The translations under genes were made by a program, and so were the position numbers. A stretch of DNA of 34,102 nt from positions 1,240,001-1,274,102 of the forward strand of contig AP026135.1 in NCBI GenBank assembly GCA_030295235.1. Reading direction: 5' to 3'. This DNA is from Fistulifera solaris (Eukaryota). This document shows positions 12,388-24,645 of the stretch, one piece after another. How positions within the stretch are numbered: the stretch's first letter is position 1; every line of letters starts with the position of its first letter. The notes beneath the pieces are model-generated. The model searched no databases, was not told where the DNA came from, and worked only from the letters and a program-made list of their open reading frames with translations.

Positions 12388-15300
12388 CTAGGCGTGGATA
12401 CGAGAATGACGCGGACGGCGGACACCATTGGAGGAATTTTCGTCGTTCACCTCGACATCGAAAGCAGATGTGGCCGATCGCTTGCGCTGAGATCGCACTC
12501 GACTCAAATACTCCATTAGATCGCCATCTGTAGGGTTCTGAAAATTATAAGCACCGTTGAAAACCGTATGAATATCAATGCCATCTTCTTCCATACCCTC
12601 AAGGTCGTGAAGGAGTTTGGGTGTGATGAGGAAGTATTGTCCTGGGTGGTCGTTCGGATCATTGTTGCGAAAAGAAGTAGAATTTGCCACGATGCGCTTG
12701 AAAACGAGACGTTCATTTCGCTCGTCCAATCCCTGATTGATCTCGTCGACACAGCGGAATGGTGCCGCCATACTATCTTGAAGTGCCATCAAGTACAAAA
12801 TGGTAGCGACCGATCGCTCACCACCGGAATGCCGATGCTTCGACAGCACTTGTGCGTCTGCACCTTCTCGAAAGCTGACCAGAATTTCAATACCCCAATC
12901 CTTGAAATTGTTGAACTCATTCACATTGGCCCTTTTCAACTTGATGGATCCTGAGCATGACATTTCCTTCATGTATTCACCAAACTTCCTGTCCAGTTCA
13001 GCCACGTTGTCCGACACTTTCCTTTCCCATAAGCTCTTTTTCTTGTTGATATCGGCAAGCAACGAATCCTTATTGACCGTGAGATCATCAAACCTGACTT
13101 TAGCCTCGGCGTACCTGGCTTGTAGTGCTTCGAGCTGTCGAAAAATACCATTGTTTTCGTGGATCGAGTTCACAACGGCTTCCGCCTCCTCCAACGCTGC
13201 TTCAGTTTCTTCGAAAGTAATAACTTCTAGTGCTTCTAACTGATCTTTGAGAGGCAGCGCATTGCCATTCTCGTCCTGAAGTGGGGCGAACCTTTCCGCA
13301 TACGCCTTCTTCTCTTTGGCTTGCTGTCTCAATCTGTTGTATTTTTCTTGCAAACTAATCGCCGCGTCTTCAAGCGCTTGGAATTGTTCTTCCTTCTCCT
13401 TCAGCTCGGCACTTTCAAAAATTATATTTGATTTAGATGACAAACGATAAAGAACTAACGGTGACCTCAAAACAATACAATACTCACCTAGCAATTTGCT
13501 GGGCTGCCATGGATGTGCGGCGGTCCAGTGTAGCACACGCCTGTAACACCATGCAGTCCATCAACTGCCGTCGAATCTGTGCATGCGATTCTAGAGCTTT
13601 GATGCTGTTTGTCTGGCGGTTCGTAAGCGTCTTGAGCAACTTCTCCTTCTCTGGCTCATCCTCGGTATTCAACGCGCTTTCTGCATCCTCTAGTTTCAGT
13701 TCCGCTCGATGGACTTTCAGTTCCAACTTCTGCAAAGCTTCAACCTTGCTCCTTGCATGTGTCCAAGCTACCTTTGCCTCCTGTGAAGCGTCTCTCAACA
13801 GGACCTCCTGGGCTTGAGCCTCTTGCAGAGCTGGACGACGTTCTTCCATTTCGCGATGCGCTTCCTCCAACCGATCCTGTAAATCTTTCTCGGCTTGAGG
13901 GTTGGCACCCGTAGATAGCATGTTTGCTCGTTTTGTAATATCATCTTGTCTCATGTTAGTAAAGCCACCGCGGGAAGTATTGACAGTGTACCGAAACGCT
14001 CGATCTTGTCCACGAGTAAACAGACAGAACCTATTGGGTTTTCCACCAGGTTGCTCAGGCGCGCGCAGGTTGTCCAGCAATTTATGCCTGTCTACGTTCG
14101 CTTGTGCTTTTTCAGTTCCAACGATTGCCTGATGCACCAAGGCATATGAGCGAAGCGCTTGTAGCACCGAATCCGGACAGGTAAAGGTTTCATCCAAGTA
14201 GCCAGCGATACCGTGGTCGCGATACAAGGCCTGCATCTTCTGTTCCGAGTAGATACGATTAATGGGTTCAAGTCTCCCATCTTTAACATGAATGGTCGTC
14301 ACTGCCGGGACTTTGAGCACTTTGGTGGTGATATCGTAGAGACGTTTCTGGTCTTCCTTCGTCTCGACAACGAACGCTTTCAATACATTATTGGGTGTGT
14401 GAAATTCAAGATATTCCGCAAAACTCTGGTCTTTCATAGTAATCTCAGCCGCAATCGGCCCATACACAGGCCTGCAAAATTCATTGCGGTGCTGCTCAAT
14501 GTAGTTCGCAATTTTGGCAACGTTTGGATCAGCACGCAACACGGCCTGTCGGCGCTGAGACTCATGGTCGCGGACTCTGGCGAGCTTCTCTTGCAAGGTC
14601 ACAGCGCTTTGCCTGGCCTCTTCGAACTGCTCCGTGAGCGCGGTGATGGTGCGGCGGACGTTATCGTATTCTCTGCGGGTGTTCTTGGCCACCAGAGCCG
14701 CCTCGTCAAAGGCTTGCTGCAACTCCCCCTTGGATTCCGCTTGCGCGACACTCTCCTGCAACGCCTTCAATTGCTCCAGGCACTTTTTATACTCGTCTTT
14801 GCGCTTTTGACGGAGCTGTGAGAGACTCATGATATCGTTCATGATCGTTTCGATCTCATCATCGTGTTTGGTGAACTTATCAATCTGTTTCTTCATGTCC
14901 GCAGTGTGACGCTGAATTGTAGCATCCATATTGCGCATGACCCCTTCTGCCGTCTTGACATGCGTTCCAAGGCGTTCCACTTCATCTCGCAGAGGCTGAA
15001 AGTCCTTTTGGGCTGCTTGCATTTCTGCTTTTGCCCTGACTTTGTCCTCTTTCGCCTGAACAGCTCTGTCACGGGTGTGTTCAAAGTCCAACCATACTAG
15101 CTTTTGTTTGAGAAGTTTAGCTTGTTCTTCGGCCCGTTTTCGATCTTCCATGCGTTCCTTTTCGCGTTCCATGGGTTCGAGTTGTTGTTGCAAGCTCTCG
15201 ACTTCTTTCTTGACTGTATCGACCTGTCCTGCGGAGTGAACGATCTTTTCTTCCGCCTCGATGAGTTCTTGATGCGTCTGGTAGCAAAGCTGTCCTGCCC

Positions 15301-15823
15301 AAGTTTTCTGCGTTTCAATTAGTCGCTGCTGATCCGTGAGACCGGAGAAATCTCCAACTCTATCCTGCGGAAGGAAGGTACAGAGATTATCGATCGAAAT
15401 GTTGTATCCTTCCTTCACCAACTTTTGGAGTTCCTTAAGCTTCGCTTGGCGTCCATTGATGTAGCAAATGCCTTTCTTATTTGCTTCATCCGATGTAAAG
15501 ACTCTCTTCAATACGTGCGTTTCTTTTCCTTTGTGCGGCGCTAAAGTGATTTGGATCCATCCACTCTCGCAATTGTGTCTTACAAACGAATGCAATTGAT
15601 CCGCTCGACCGAGAAGCTTGGGATCTCCTCCTAATCCCAAGCAAATAGCGTTCAATACAGTCGATTTACCGGTTCCGTTAGCCCCAACGACGATGTTGAG
15701 TCGTGGTTTCGGCTGAATGACAGCATTAGCGTGCGTCATGAAGTTATGCATGACAACTTCGACGATCGAGCCGGGTTTGTATTCGACTTGGGTTTCGTCG
15801 TCATCATCGCGTCGATCGTTCAT
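12388..15823 (-). CDS. SMC5: Structural maintenance of chromosomes protein 5 (intron 13412-13487)
   Basis: Walker A GANGTGKS, SMC5-type DNLCTFLPQDRVGDF, coiled coils and hinge, signature HSGGERSVATILYLMALQ, Walker B FRCVDEINQGLD. GTGAGT..GAAAG intron joins the two ORFs in frame. Confidence 0.96.
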
Positions 15824-16102
15824 TTTTCACAGCGACAAATGTGAGATATAAAGACAAGACTTCATCGATTGTTTTTCAGTTCGTCAAGGAAACGAAGAAG
15901 CAACTCGTCACGGTTGCAAGTTGCAAGAATGTCATTGCATGAGGATAACGGGAGGGAGATTTTTGTTGCGAAACGAAGCGCGAGCGATGTGAGGATGGTG
16001 AGGCGGGAGATTTTTGAAGTGCGCTCTTGTCGAGTAGGTATGGCTCATGGCTCGCGTGCGCGTCGGCCCGGCCGGCGGATTGCCGCGAAGACGACCTCCC
16101 AG

Positions 16103-16515
16103 ACGGTTGTTATTCATACAGAAATTCTGAAGTGGGTTGCTGGTCATACAGAAAATCTGATAATAGTCCCGAAATTCTGGACAAGGCTCGTCCAGAAATT
16201 CAGGAAAGAGTGTTTTGGGTCGGTCAAGAGATTTAGGATTCAGGAGACGGTTGTTGGTCATAAAGAAATTCTGTGACTGGTCCAGCAATTCTGCAAGTTG
16301 TTGGTCATGGAGAAATTCTATGAGCTGGGGTCACTAGTCCAGAAATTCAGGAATGCGTGTTGTGGGTCGCATTTAGAAATTCCTTTGACTGGTCACTGGT
16401 CCAGAATTCAGGAGACGGAAATTCTGTGACTGGCCCAGAAATTCTGGACTCGATTGGTTGCTAGCAGTACAGAAATTCTGATATCGGTCCAGATACGGAG
16501 TATTCTGTATTCTGG
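16103..16515. repeat. Degenerate array of about 14 copies of the palindrome CAGAA-A-TTCTG
   Basis: Exact copies at 16119, 16436, 16470; variants near 16149, 16169, 16193, 16263, 16283, 16310, 16340, 16374, 16402, 16416. Often preceded by GGTTGTTGGTCAT or GGTC. Confidence 0.8.
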
Positions 16516-16674
16516 ACTGACTGGCATGTCGCATCGTTATCCTCCTTCCTAGTCTGTCCGTCAGCTCCGCCGAAGCTCCTCCGCGCTTCATTTTCCTTTT
16601 TATCGACATCGAACGCAACGATTACTCATTCGAGTTGTTCTTTACCTCGAGTGCGTGTATTCAATACACTTGGA

Positions 16675-18156
16675 ATGTTCATGCCGGTTTCCTTTTATTA
16701 TTTGTATAGCCTGCTTTGCTTGTCAGTTGACGTTGTGGACGGATTTTCGACGATGGGGCAAATAATCGGCGCGCCGCTCAAAGAAGACGAAGCCGTTTCA
16801 CAATCATCCTTAAAAAAGAAAGGAAAGAAAAGACAAAACGAAAAATGGAGCATTATCAAAGACCATTTTCAGAACTTACTACTCGATGAATCGTTTTTGC
16901 AATTGCCTGTACGCTCGACTACAGTTAACGCGGCAATGCAGTATACAACCGAAGCGGATACACCACATCTCATGCCCGGAACGCATAAACACTTGGGAGG
17001 CGCCTATGATCCGGAAACAGGCTCCATTTTCGGAGTTCCAGCCAACTCTAAATGTATTCTCTGTCTTCAACCAGTATGGCAGTATGGTAGCGTCACACAC
17101 TACCAGCCTTCGGTCATTTCTTTGCCCCCAGAAATCGCAGATCAGAAAATGAAGTGGTTGCGAGGTATTGTACACAATGGATATCTATGGGCGATTCCTT
17201 CGTGGGCGTCGGCAGTGCTTTGCGTTAACTTGGCTACGCATCAAGTGGAACTACTTCCATTGCCCGAAGAAGTTCACGAACAGCAGAATCCGTGGCAATG
17301 GCACGGAGGGGGTATGAATCCGACAAAGACGGCCATTTATTGCATTCCTTCGAATGCGAACCACGTACTTAAGGTTGATATTATCACCAAAATGACATCG
17401 CTTGTTGATATTGACACTACGGCGTATCCCGAGATGGATCTGTCCATCCCTAATAAGTGGTATGGAGGAATTGCGGGAAAAGACGGTTGTATTTACGGTA
17501 TTCCGTACCGAGCGGGCGCTATACTGCAGATTGACGATCACGGCGCTCGATGCGTGGGACCGTTTTATGGTCATAATCGATACAACTGGCATGGTGGCAT
17601 ATGTGTGGATGGATCCATCTACGCTCATCCTAGTCACGCGAACACGGTTCTCGTCATCGATACGAACGTGTCACCCCCGCACATCAAAGAACTTCCCATT
17701 CAAGTGCACGATGATAGTATCGATATCACATCTCAAACCTACAAGTGGCTTGGTGGTGCTGTGGGGGTAGACGGCAATATCTATCACCCTGCTTGTGACG
17801 CTTCGGTTGTTTTGAAAATTGACGTCAAAAAGCAAACATGCTCCACCTTTGGGTTTGCCGGTGAAACTAGGAACAAGTGGCAAGGTGGACTACTTGCGCG
17901 CGATGGCTGTATCTATTGTATTCCAGCGAATGGGCAACACGTTTTAAGGATTCACACTGCACAAGGACGTAACGAAGTGCAATTGCTAGGAGACCTACCT
18001 GCTCACAAAGACAAATGGCAAGGAGGAAGTGTGGGAAAGGACGGTTGCCTTTATTTCATACCCGAAAACGGATACCGCGTGCTAAAGATCACTCCTCCCG
18101 AATCTATGGCTTTGACCCCATTACGAGAAGACGACGTTCGAATCGAATTTGTTTAA
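16675..18156 (+). CDS. Beta-propeller repeat protein, 8 repeats of KWxGG..DGxIYxIPxxAxxVLKID
   Basis: Intact ORF with eight roughly 45-aa repeats (HKHLGG, MKWLRG, WQWHGG, NKWYGG, YNWHGG, YKWLGG, NKWQGG, DKWQGG). Hydrophobic N-terminus ending VDG-FS. Confidence 0.8.
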   Translation: MFMPVSFYYLYSLLCLSVDVVDGFSTMGQIIGAPLKEDEAVSQSSLKKKGKKRQNEKWSIIKDHFQNLLLDESFLQLPVRSTTVNAAMQYTTEADTPHLMPGTHKHLGGAYDPETGSIFGVPANSKCILCLQPVWQYGSVTHYQPSVISLPPEIADQKMKWLRGIVHNGYLWAIPSWASAVLCVNLATHQVELLPLPEEVHEQQNPWQWHGGGMNPTKTAIYCIPSNANHVLKVDIITKMTSLVDIDTTAYPEMDLSIPNKWYGGIAGKDGCIYGIPYRAGAILQIDDHGARCVGPFYGHNRYNWHGGICVDGSIYAHPSHANTVLVIDTNVSPPHIKELPIQVHDDSIDITSQTYKWLGGAVGVDGNIYHPACDASVVLKIDVKKQTCSTFGFAGETRNKWQGGLLARDGCIYCIPANGQHVLRIHTAQGRNEVQLLGDLPAHKDKWQGGSVGKDGCLYFIPENGYRVLKITPPESMALTPLREDDVRIEFV

Positions 18157-18792
18157 AGTTGAATTGAAAAATGTGTCAAGGTGACCGGGATACGAATTGT
18201 TGCACATGGTTGGATCGAGTAGTTTTCGTCGTTCCACTTCCAAGCAGAGAGAGGCGTTCGAGCAACTCGTTGCACAAAAGACATCGATCATGAATGCTCA
18301 GGATTCTGTGCCGTTCGACAGACAAAACTCTACCGTATCAAAACATACGAGCGCTCTTTAATGACGTGCGCACGTAAAGTAGTAATTCATTCTATTTCAC
18401 ACTAAGGCTCGACCATCGCGCATGCTCGTAGTAGCTCGTAGACTCAAAGCACACAGATCATCCATGCGAGGCTAAGCGCAAACATCCACCGAAAACCAAT
18501 ATCTATTTCCTTCTTCACAACGGCTTATAAGTACTTGTAGGTCCATGAATAAATTCGAGACATGTAGATGAATGTTGTGTAACGTAAATTAAGCAGCCTT
18601 ACTTGAAACGCATAACGAATGTTCGCGTCCAAATAAAGAGTCCGGATCAAGAAGTCATGGGCCTTAACTTTACCATGACTGGATTCATTCATGAAGAATC
18701 ATGAGTCATCTCATGATCAACCCATTCTCGTCCGCAGCATTTATTTTTTTATTGCTGCATGTGAATTCATTTCGGAAATCGCGCTATTCAGC

Positions 18793-21122
18793 ATGAACAA
18801 ATCTCCTGGAGTGATTCAATTACTCCCCCAGGAAGTCATTGAAAGAATCAAAGCGGGAGAAGTCGTTCAAAAGCCCTCCGCAGCTGTCAAAGAGCTCGTC
18901 GAAAATGCCCTCGATGCGGGCTCCACGGAAATCATAGTGCAAGTTTCGACGGATTGCTTGCGGGAAATTTCCGTTCAGGATAATGGATGCGGTATCTCGG
19001 ATCTGAGTCTCGCTGTGCAGCGGCATACGACATCAAAATTACAAAAAGTCGACGATTTATTTGCATTGCAAAGTTTTGGTTTCAGAGGTGAGGCTTTAGC
19101 CAGTATCGTGCAAGCAACAGGACGAGTTCACATTGTCAGTCGAACGATAGATCGCCCTGTTGCGTTTCAACAGAGTTTTTCCCCCGCATCGAAGCAAGCA
19201 TCTAAGGCAACACCATGTGCCCGCACACCTGGAACGACCGTAACTTTGCACGATTTGTTTGCGACGATGAAGCAACGACAAAAAATGACGAATGATTATC
19301 CTTCGATTTTACAGCTTCTACAAAGCTATGCCGTACTTTATGCGCCACGAGGTATCTCATTTGTTTGTCAGAAGCTGAAGAAGGCACAACCGGATCTCAA
19401 CACTGGGTCTATTGTCAAACAAACTCAACAACACTCCGATTATTTAACAGAGACACACGGGCTTTTATCAGTATCGCAGCAAGAGGTTACCAAAAAGTAC
19501 TAGCTCAGATATATGGATCGCAGCTCTTGGAAAGTCTTGCTTACTGCGAATCAAAACTTTTGGGTAGAGAATACCAACGCAAATCAAACAACAACAAGAC
19601 TACAGCTAAATCAGACGATGTGAATCTTTCGTTGCTTTCGGACATGGCAGGCATCCCAACGCATGTTGCTAATGTTGAAGATGCTGCTCGTGTCGTCAAG
19701 GTAGACGACGAAATCTGCTTCTGTCAATTCTGGTGTCTCTTCACCAAGCCAACCTCGAAACACCTGCAACAGCGTACATCGTTGAATTTGATTCTATTCA
19801 TCAGCAATCGACTTGTTGAATGCGCTCCGTTGAAAAAACGCTTGGAAGAACTCTACTCGAATGGCAAGCATTTGATCTTTCTTGCCATTGAGGTCCCCCC
19901 GCAACAGGTCGATGTAAACATACATCCTACGAAAAAGCTTGTGGCTTTGCTGTTTCAAGAGGAAATCATCGAACACATATCCACCACGCTGAGCACTACG
20001 ATGAAAAATCTCGACCGCGGCTTTAATGCTTCCCAGGTACTTGTGGCATCGTCACCATCTGTATCGAACAGAAATCGTGTGCGACCTCAAATTTCGGAGG
20101 CTAAAAACGATCCGAGCACTTGCGAAGAAAACGAGAACACGAATGCACCAGCCACTAATCTCAACCCGTACAAAAAGAAGCCTCTCTCGTCAAAACGCGT
20201 GAGAACTGATTACAACGACCCACGGGGCGCCATGGAGCCATTTCTTTCTCAAGAGTCTCCTCACGAGGCAAACTGTCCACTCGTATGCCCATCTTCCGAA
20301 GTTGATTTGACTCAACCCGGTGCTTTTGCGGATGTAGCCAAACAGTGCACATGTCGGCAAACCATCCGTTTACCACACCACGTATTTTGTCGCCCAAAGC
20401 GAATACCGCCCACTGAGTGCACGTATAAATCAATTGCACAGTTGCGCCGACCGCTTTTCGAGCCCCATCCGTATACTTTAAAACTGCGCACGGGGTACCA
20501 TATTGGAACGGTTTCTGCATACCGGAGTTTGATACAATGCGGCAAAGAGTTGGTTTTAATGAATCATTATCGCGCTGCAGTTGAGTTGTTTTACCAGATT
20601 GCGCTACTACGCTTTAACGGTGGGGCCGCGGTAGCCTCCATAGCCTTCGCTGTGGATATCGCATCCGCCGTGACGGCCGCACTTCAATTAGAGACAAATG
20701 AAAGCAATATTATGGCCAAAGAAGCTGCTATATGCCTTTGGGAGCATGCGGAGATGTTGCAAGAGTACTTCAGTATCATACTGGCGTTAGATCCAGACGG
20801 CACAGTCGTTCTGAAGGGCTTACCGATTTTGCTGGACGGGTGGGAGCCGATGCCGCATGGTTTGCCGCTATTTCTCCTTCGTCTGGCTACGAAAGTGAAC
20901 TGGTCAGAAGAAAAACCCTGCTTTGATGACATTTGTCGTGAGCTAGGTTGGTTCTACGCGGAGCTACCTTTCAAGGAACACGAAATTTCCAGTTTTGTTC
21001 GGCACACCCTCTTTCCGGCACTTTCGACTTTGATGGTGGTCCCTCGGTCTTTCGTTGACGAAGGAGGGATGGTTACGTTGACTTGTTTGGATAACCTGTA
21101 TCGAGTATTCGAAAGGTGTTAG
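18793..21122 (+). CDS. MLH1: DNA mismatch repair protein MLH1 (apparent 1-bp frameshift in A-run at 19492-19496)
   Basis: GHKL ATPase motifs ELVENALDAG, DNGCGI, HTTSKL, GFRGEAL, GTTV; VDVNIHPTK; the MLH1-specific C-terminus FERC*. Confidence 0.95.
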
Positions 21123-22276
21123 AATAGCGATCCCCATTGCGGATGGCGACATCATAATGCTTGTCCAGGTTTGATCAACGAATATACCATAGTAACGAAT
21201 GGAAAAATCATGGCTTAAATTTTTTTAGAGTGGCGATTTAAAGGCCGTGTTAAGTTTCATTCTCGTTTGCAATCCGTGCCTCGATTCGGTACGTCGAAAG
21301 TAAATTGTTTAGTGCGGGGTACGGTAGGGTTTAATCGATAAATATCATCTAATCTGTCATTTATCAGAGAGACACGGGAACGCATCTCTGCTTGGTACAT
21401 TTCTCTACGGGGGCCTACGTGAATGTACACTTTTTCCCGCACCTTCCTGTGCACGGCCGAATTGAGGTGCTTAAGGGATTGTCGTTTCTTGAATTAGTTG
21501 AAGTGTAGGCGGAACCTGCAGAACCTTTCAGACATGGACAAACATGTTGTAAAGCCCACCGCGATCAACCTCCAATCGTTGTGCCCTCTTGGTTTGATAA
21601 ACTTGTCACTTTCAAAAATTATTTACCATCAGTATCGTTTGAACTTCACTGGCTATAATTCTTTGTCAATAGTTCTAGCGGATCATCCGTGCAAAGTGTA
21701 AGCGAAACTTTCCACGACTACATTATTTCAGTCATGACCTCAGGAAAGATATTATCTATTTCAAAAGCAAGGCACGGCCGCTACCTTAGCTCCATTTGTT
21801 CTGTTAGCTCAGAAAGGTAGCTTGTCGCTATTATGATACAGTCCTCCAGCATCAATAACATCACACGCCAATCCAGGGCAAGTGTTGTAGTGCGAACGTA
21901 TCATCTGTTCAAGTGTTGGCGACCTTTCTTCACGACTGCATGTGTTTTAGTCATGATTCTTCATGGCGTACCGGTACCGGTACGTAATAACCTTACAGCT
22001 TACAAAGTACAACGTACAGATTTCCGGGTACTTTTTAAGCACTTTTCGAACGATAGAACGTGCCATCGACCAGCTCAGGACCTGTTCCGAGAACGTTCAC
22101 CATCCAACGAAGAAGGTCCGCCCCATCAAATCTTTTCCGCCGTTCGCTTCCATCGCGATCATTCGGCATTCATCGGCTCTTCTGTTTTTGTTTGGAATGC
22201 AAACCGTTCCTCAAACGACGATCCCATTATTTCATTTTCTGCCTCTTTCGTGAGACGTAATACACGGTGCCTCAGA

Positions 22277-23811
22277 ATGGCGACATTTAAAGAAACCGTA
22301 AGTAACAAGACGAAACGAGAGGCAATCTTCTTTCGTTGAGCATTCCTATTCTGGCTTTTTCTCATTATAAAATCATTTATTTTTATTTTCTTTGTTTTTT
22401 AGCCTTTTAACGGCTTGAAGAGCCTCGAGGAACACGATCCGGAACTTTTCGATCTCATCGAACAGGAGAAATCTCGTCAATGGCGTTCTCTTGAGTTGAT
22501 TGCATCGGAAAACTTCACCAGCAAAGCGGTCATGGATTGCTTGGGTAGTGCTTTGACGAACAAGTACTCGGAAGGCTTGCCGCATGCTCGATATTACGGT
22601 GGCAATGAAGTAGTTGATCAGGTGGAAATTCTTTGTCAGACGCGTGCTTTGGAGGCGTACGGACTCGACCCTACAGAATGGGGCGTCAATGTGCAACCAT
22701 ACTCCGGTAGTCCAGCGAACTTTGCTGTGTACACGGCACTTCTTCGTCCGCACGATCGTATTATGGGCTTGGACTTGCCCAGTGGTGGTCACTTGACCCA
22801 CGGATTTTACACTTATTCCAAGAAGGAAAACACCCGCAAGGCAGTGAGCGCCACATCGGTCTACTTCGAGTCGCTTCCTTATCGCGTTCACCCGGAAACC
22901 GGATATATCGATTATGATCAGTTGGAGCGCGATGCTGGCCTGTTCAAGCCCGCTCTTATCATTGCTGGTGGTTCGGCCTACCCTCGCGAGTACGATTATC
23001 CTCGCTTCCGTCAAATTGCCGATGCCAATGGCTGCCTCCTTATGATGGATATGGCGCACATTAGTGGACTAGTCGCAACTGGCGAAGCAGCTTCTCCATT
23101 CAAATACTGCGATGTCGTCACTACCACGACCCACAAGTCTCTTCGTGGTCCTCGTGCCGGGTTGATCTTCTTCCGTAGGGATTCGCGTGACTTTGAAACT
23201 AGAATCAATCAGGCTGTTTTCCCCGCTTTGCAGGGTGGTCCTCACGAACATCAAATTGCGGGTGTTGCTACTCAGCTTAAGGAAGTAGCTACTGATGATT
23301 TCAAGCTCTACGCCAAGCAAGTCAAGGCGAATGCAGTTGCTATCGCCAACAAACTGAGCAGCATGGGATACAAGATCGCGACAGGAGGCACTGAAAATCA
23401 TCTTATTTTGTGGGATTTAAAGCCTTGCAATATCACTGGAAGCAAATTTGAAAAGGTTTGCGATGCCGTCAGCATCACATTGAACAAAAATTGCGTCCCT
23501 GGAGATCATTCGGCAATTACACCTGGTGGTGTTCGTATTGGTACTCCGGCCTTAACGACTCGCCGTTTTGGGAAGCCGACTTCGAACAAGTTGCCATGTT
23601 CTTGCACGAGACTTTACAAATTGCTCTTAAACTGCAGGATCAAAGTGGACCAAAGTTGAAAGATTTCCTGCCTTTGTTGGAGTCGTCGCCTGAAATCAAA
23701 GAGTTGCGCAAGAGAGTGCATTCTTTTGCAACGACCTTTCCCATGCCGGGTTTTGACCCCGCCACCATGAAATACAAGAACGCCGATGGTCCGGAGCACT
23801 TAATTGACTAA
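22277..23811 (+). CDS. SHMT: Serine hydroxymethyltransferase, probably cytosolic (intron 22298-22402; apparent frameshift near 23570)
   Basis: [38 protein letters not shown]-lysine motif [23 protein letters not shown] 7-codon first exon MATFKET and no organelle presequence. Confidence 0.96.
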
Positions 23812-24324
23812 TTGATGATATTGTAGCCCCTAAGTAATATACAAAATCTTTGTTGATCGCTTATTTGTAACGTGCTAGAGTTTTGAAATCGATAGTGAGT
23901 ATACTTGAAAGCTCAGTCGCGCTTGAATGAGAAGTCGAACACCAACCACCAATTAGGCGAAAAATAATCGGACACAACAATTTTGCGTGGTACGTGGTAC
24001 AAAGGACACATTTTTAGGGGTCGAAATTGCTAGAGTCCGTCCTTTTAAAAAACACGTAATGTCGTTCAGCTTCCTAATCCTTTTAAGAATGAAATAATAA
24101 CATTGTAGATGATACAAAGCGAAATCAAACGATACGTCGGACGTTTCGAACGCCCAAAAATTGAGCAAAACACGACCATTACAAGAATCACAACAAAAAG
24201 TGGAGGATAATGGCATGCGACATAACTCTTTTAAAAGCTGCTGCATTTATAAACTATTACAAGTAATTAGCCCTCAGGTTACCTATAGAAAGGATAAATG
24301 ACGGTTGATTGTCGCTTTCACCGC

Positions 24325-24422
24325 GGTTAGGGTTAGGAATTTGGGAATTGGGATATGGAACATGGAACTTGGAACAAGGAAAGCGTGAGAAGTAGGAAGT
24401 AGGAATTAGAGAAAGCGGTAAC
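24325..24422 (+). repeat. Purine-rich spacer, copy 1 left part (continues about 26388-26530 after the Harbinger insertion)
   Basis: GGGTTAGGAATTTGGGAATTGGGATATGGAAC..GGAACTTGGAA..AGGAAGTAGGAAT is homologous to 27447-27482 joined to 33212-33265. Confidence 0.8.
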
Positions 24423-24645
24423 TTAGAGCAGTCACTACATCCGGAAATGGCAACAACTGAATCTGTCTGCCAGTTGCCAATTTTTTTGTACTCATAACCA
24501 GTCTTGCTACCAATGTAGTAGTGAATGCCGTGTGGCAGATAATTCCGATTCAGTCTTGTTCGATCGAGTCCCCTCGACATTTTCGTTTTGCGTAATTTCT
24601 CGTTCAACTCAAATCACATTCCTGTTCATCATTTCATCCTTTATC

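Noticed and set aside
16103..16515. CRISPR array or canonical heat-shock elements
   Set aside because: The repeat core is only 11 bp, intervening sequences are related to each other, and the GAA-TTC gap is 1 nt rather than 2.
15869..16618. ORFs over the palindrome array, and antisense or shadow ORFs inside SIT, SMC5, SHMT and pol
   Set aside because: By-products of repeats or of the real gene's codon structure; no independent protein features.
21257..22260. Small ORFs between MLH1 and SHMT
   Set aside because: No motifs or consistent exon structure.
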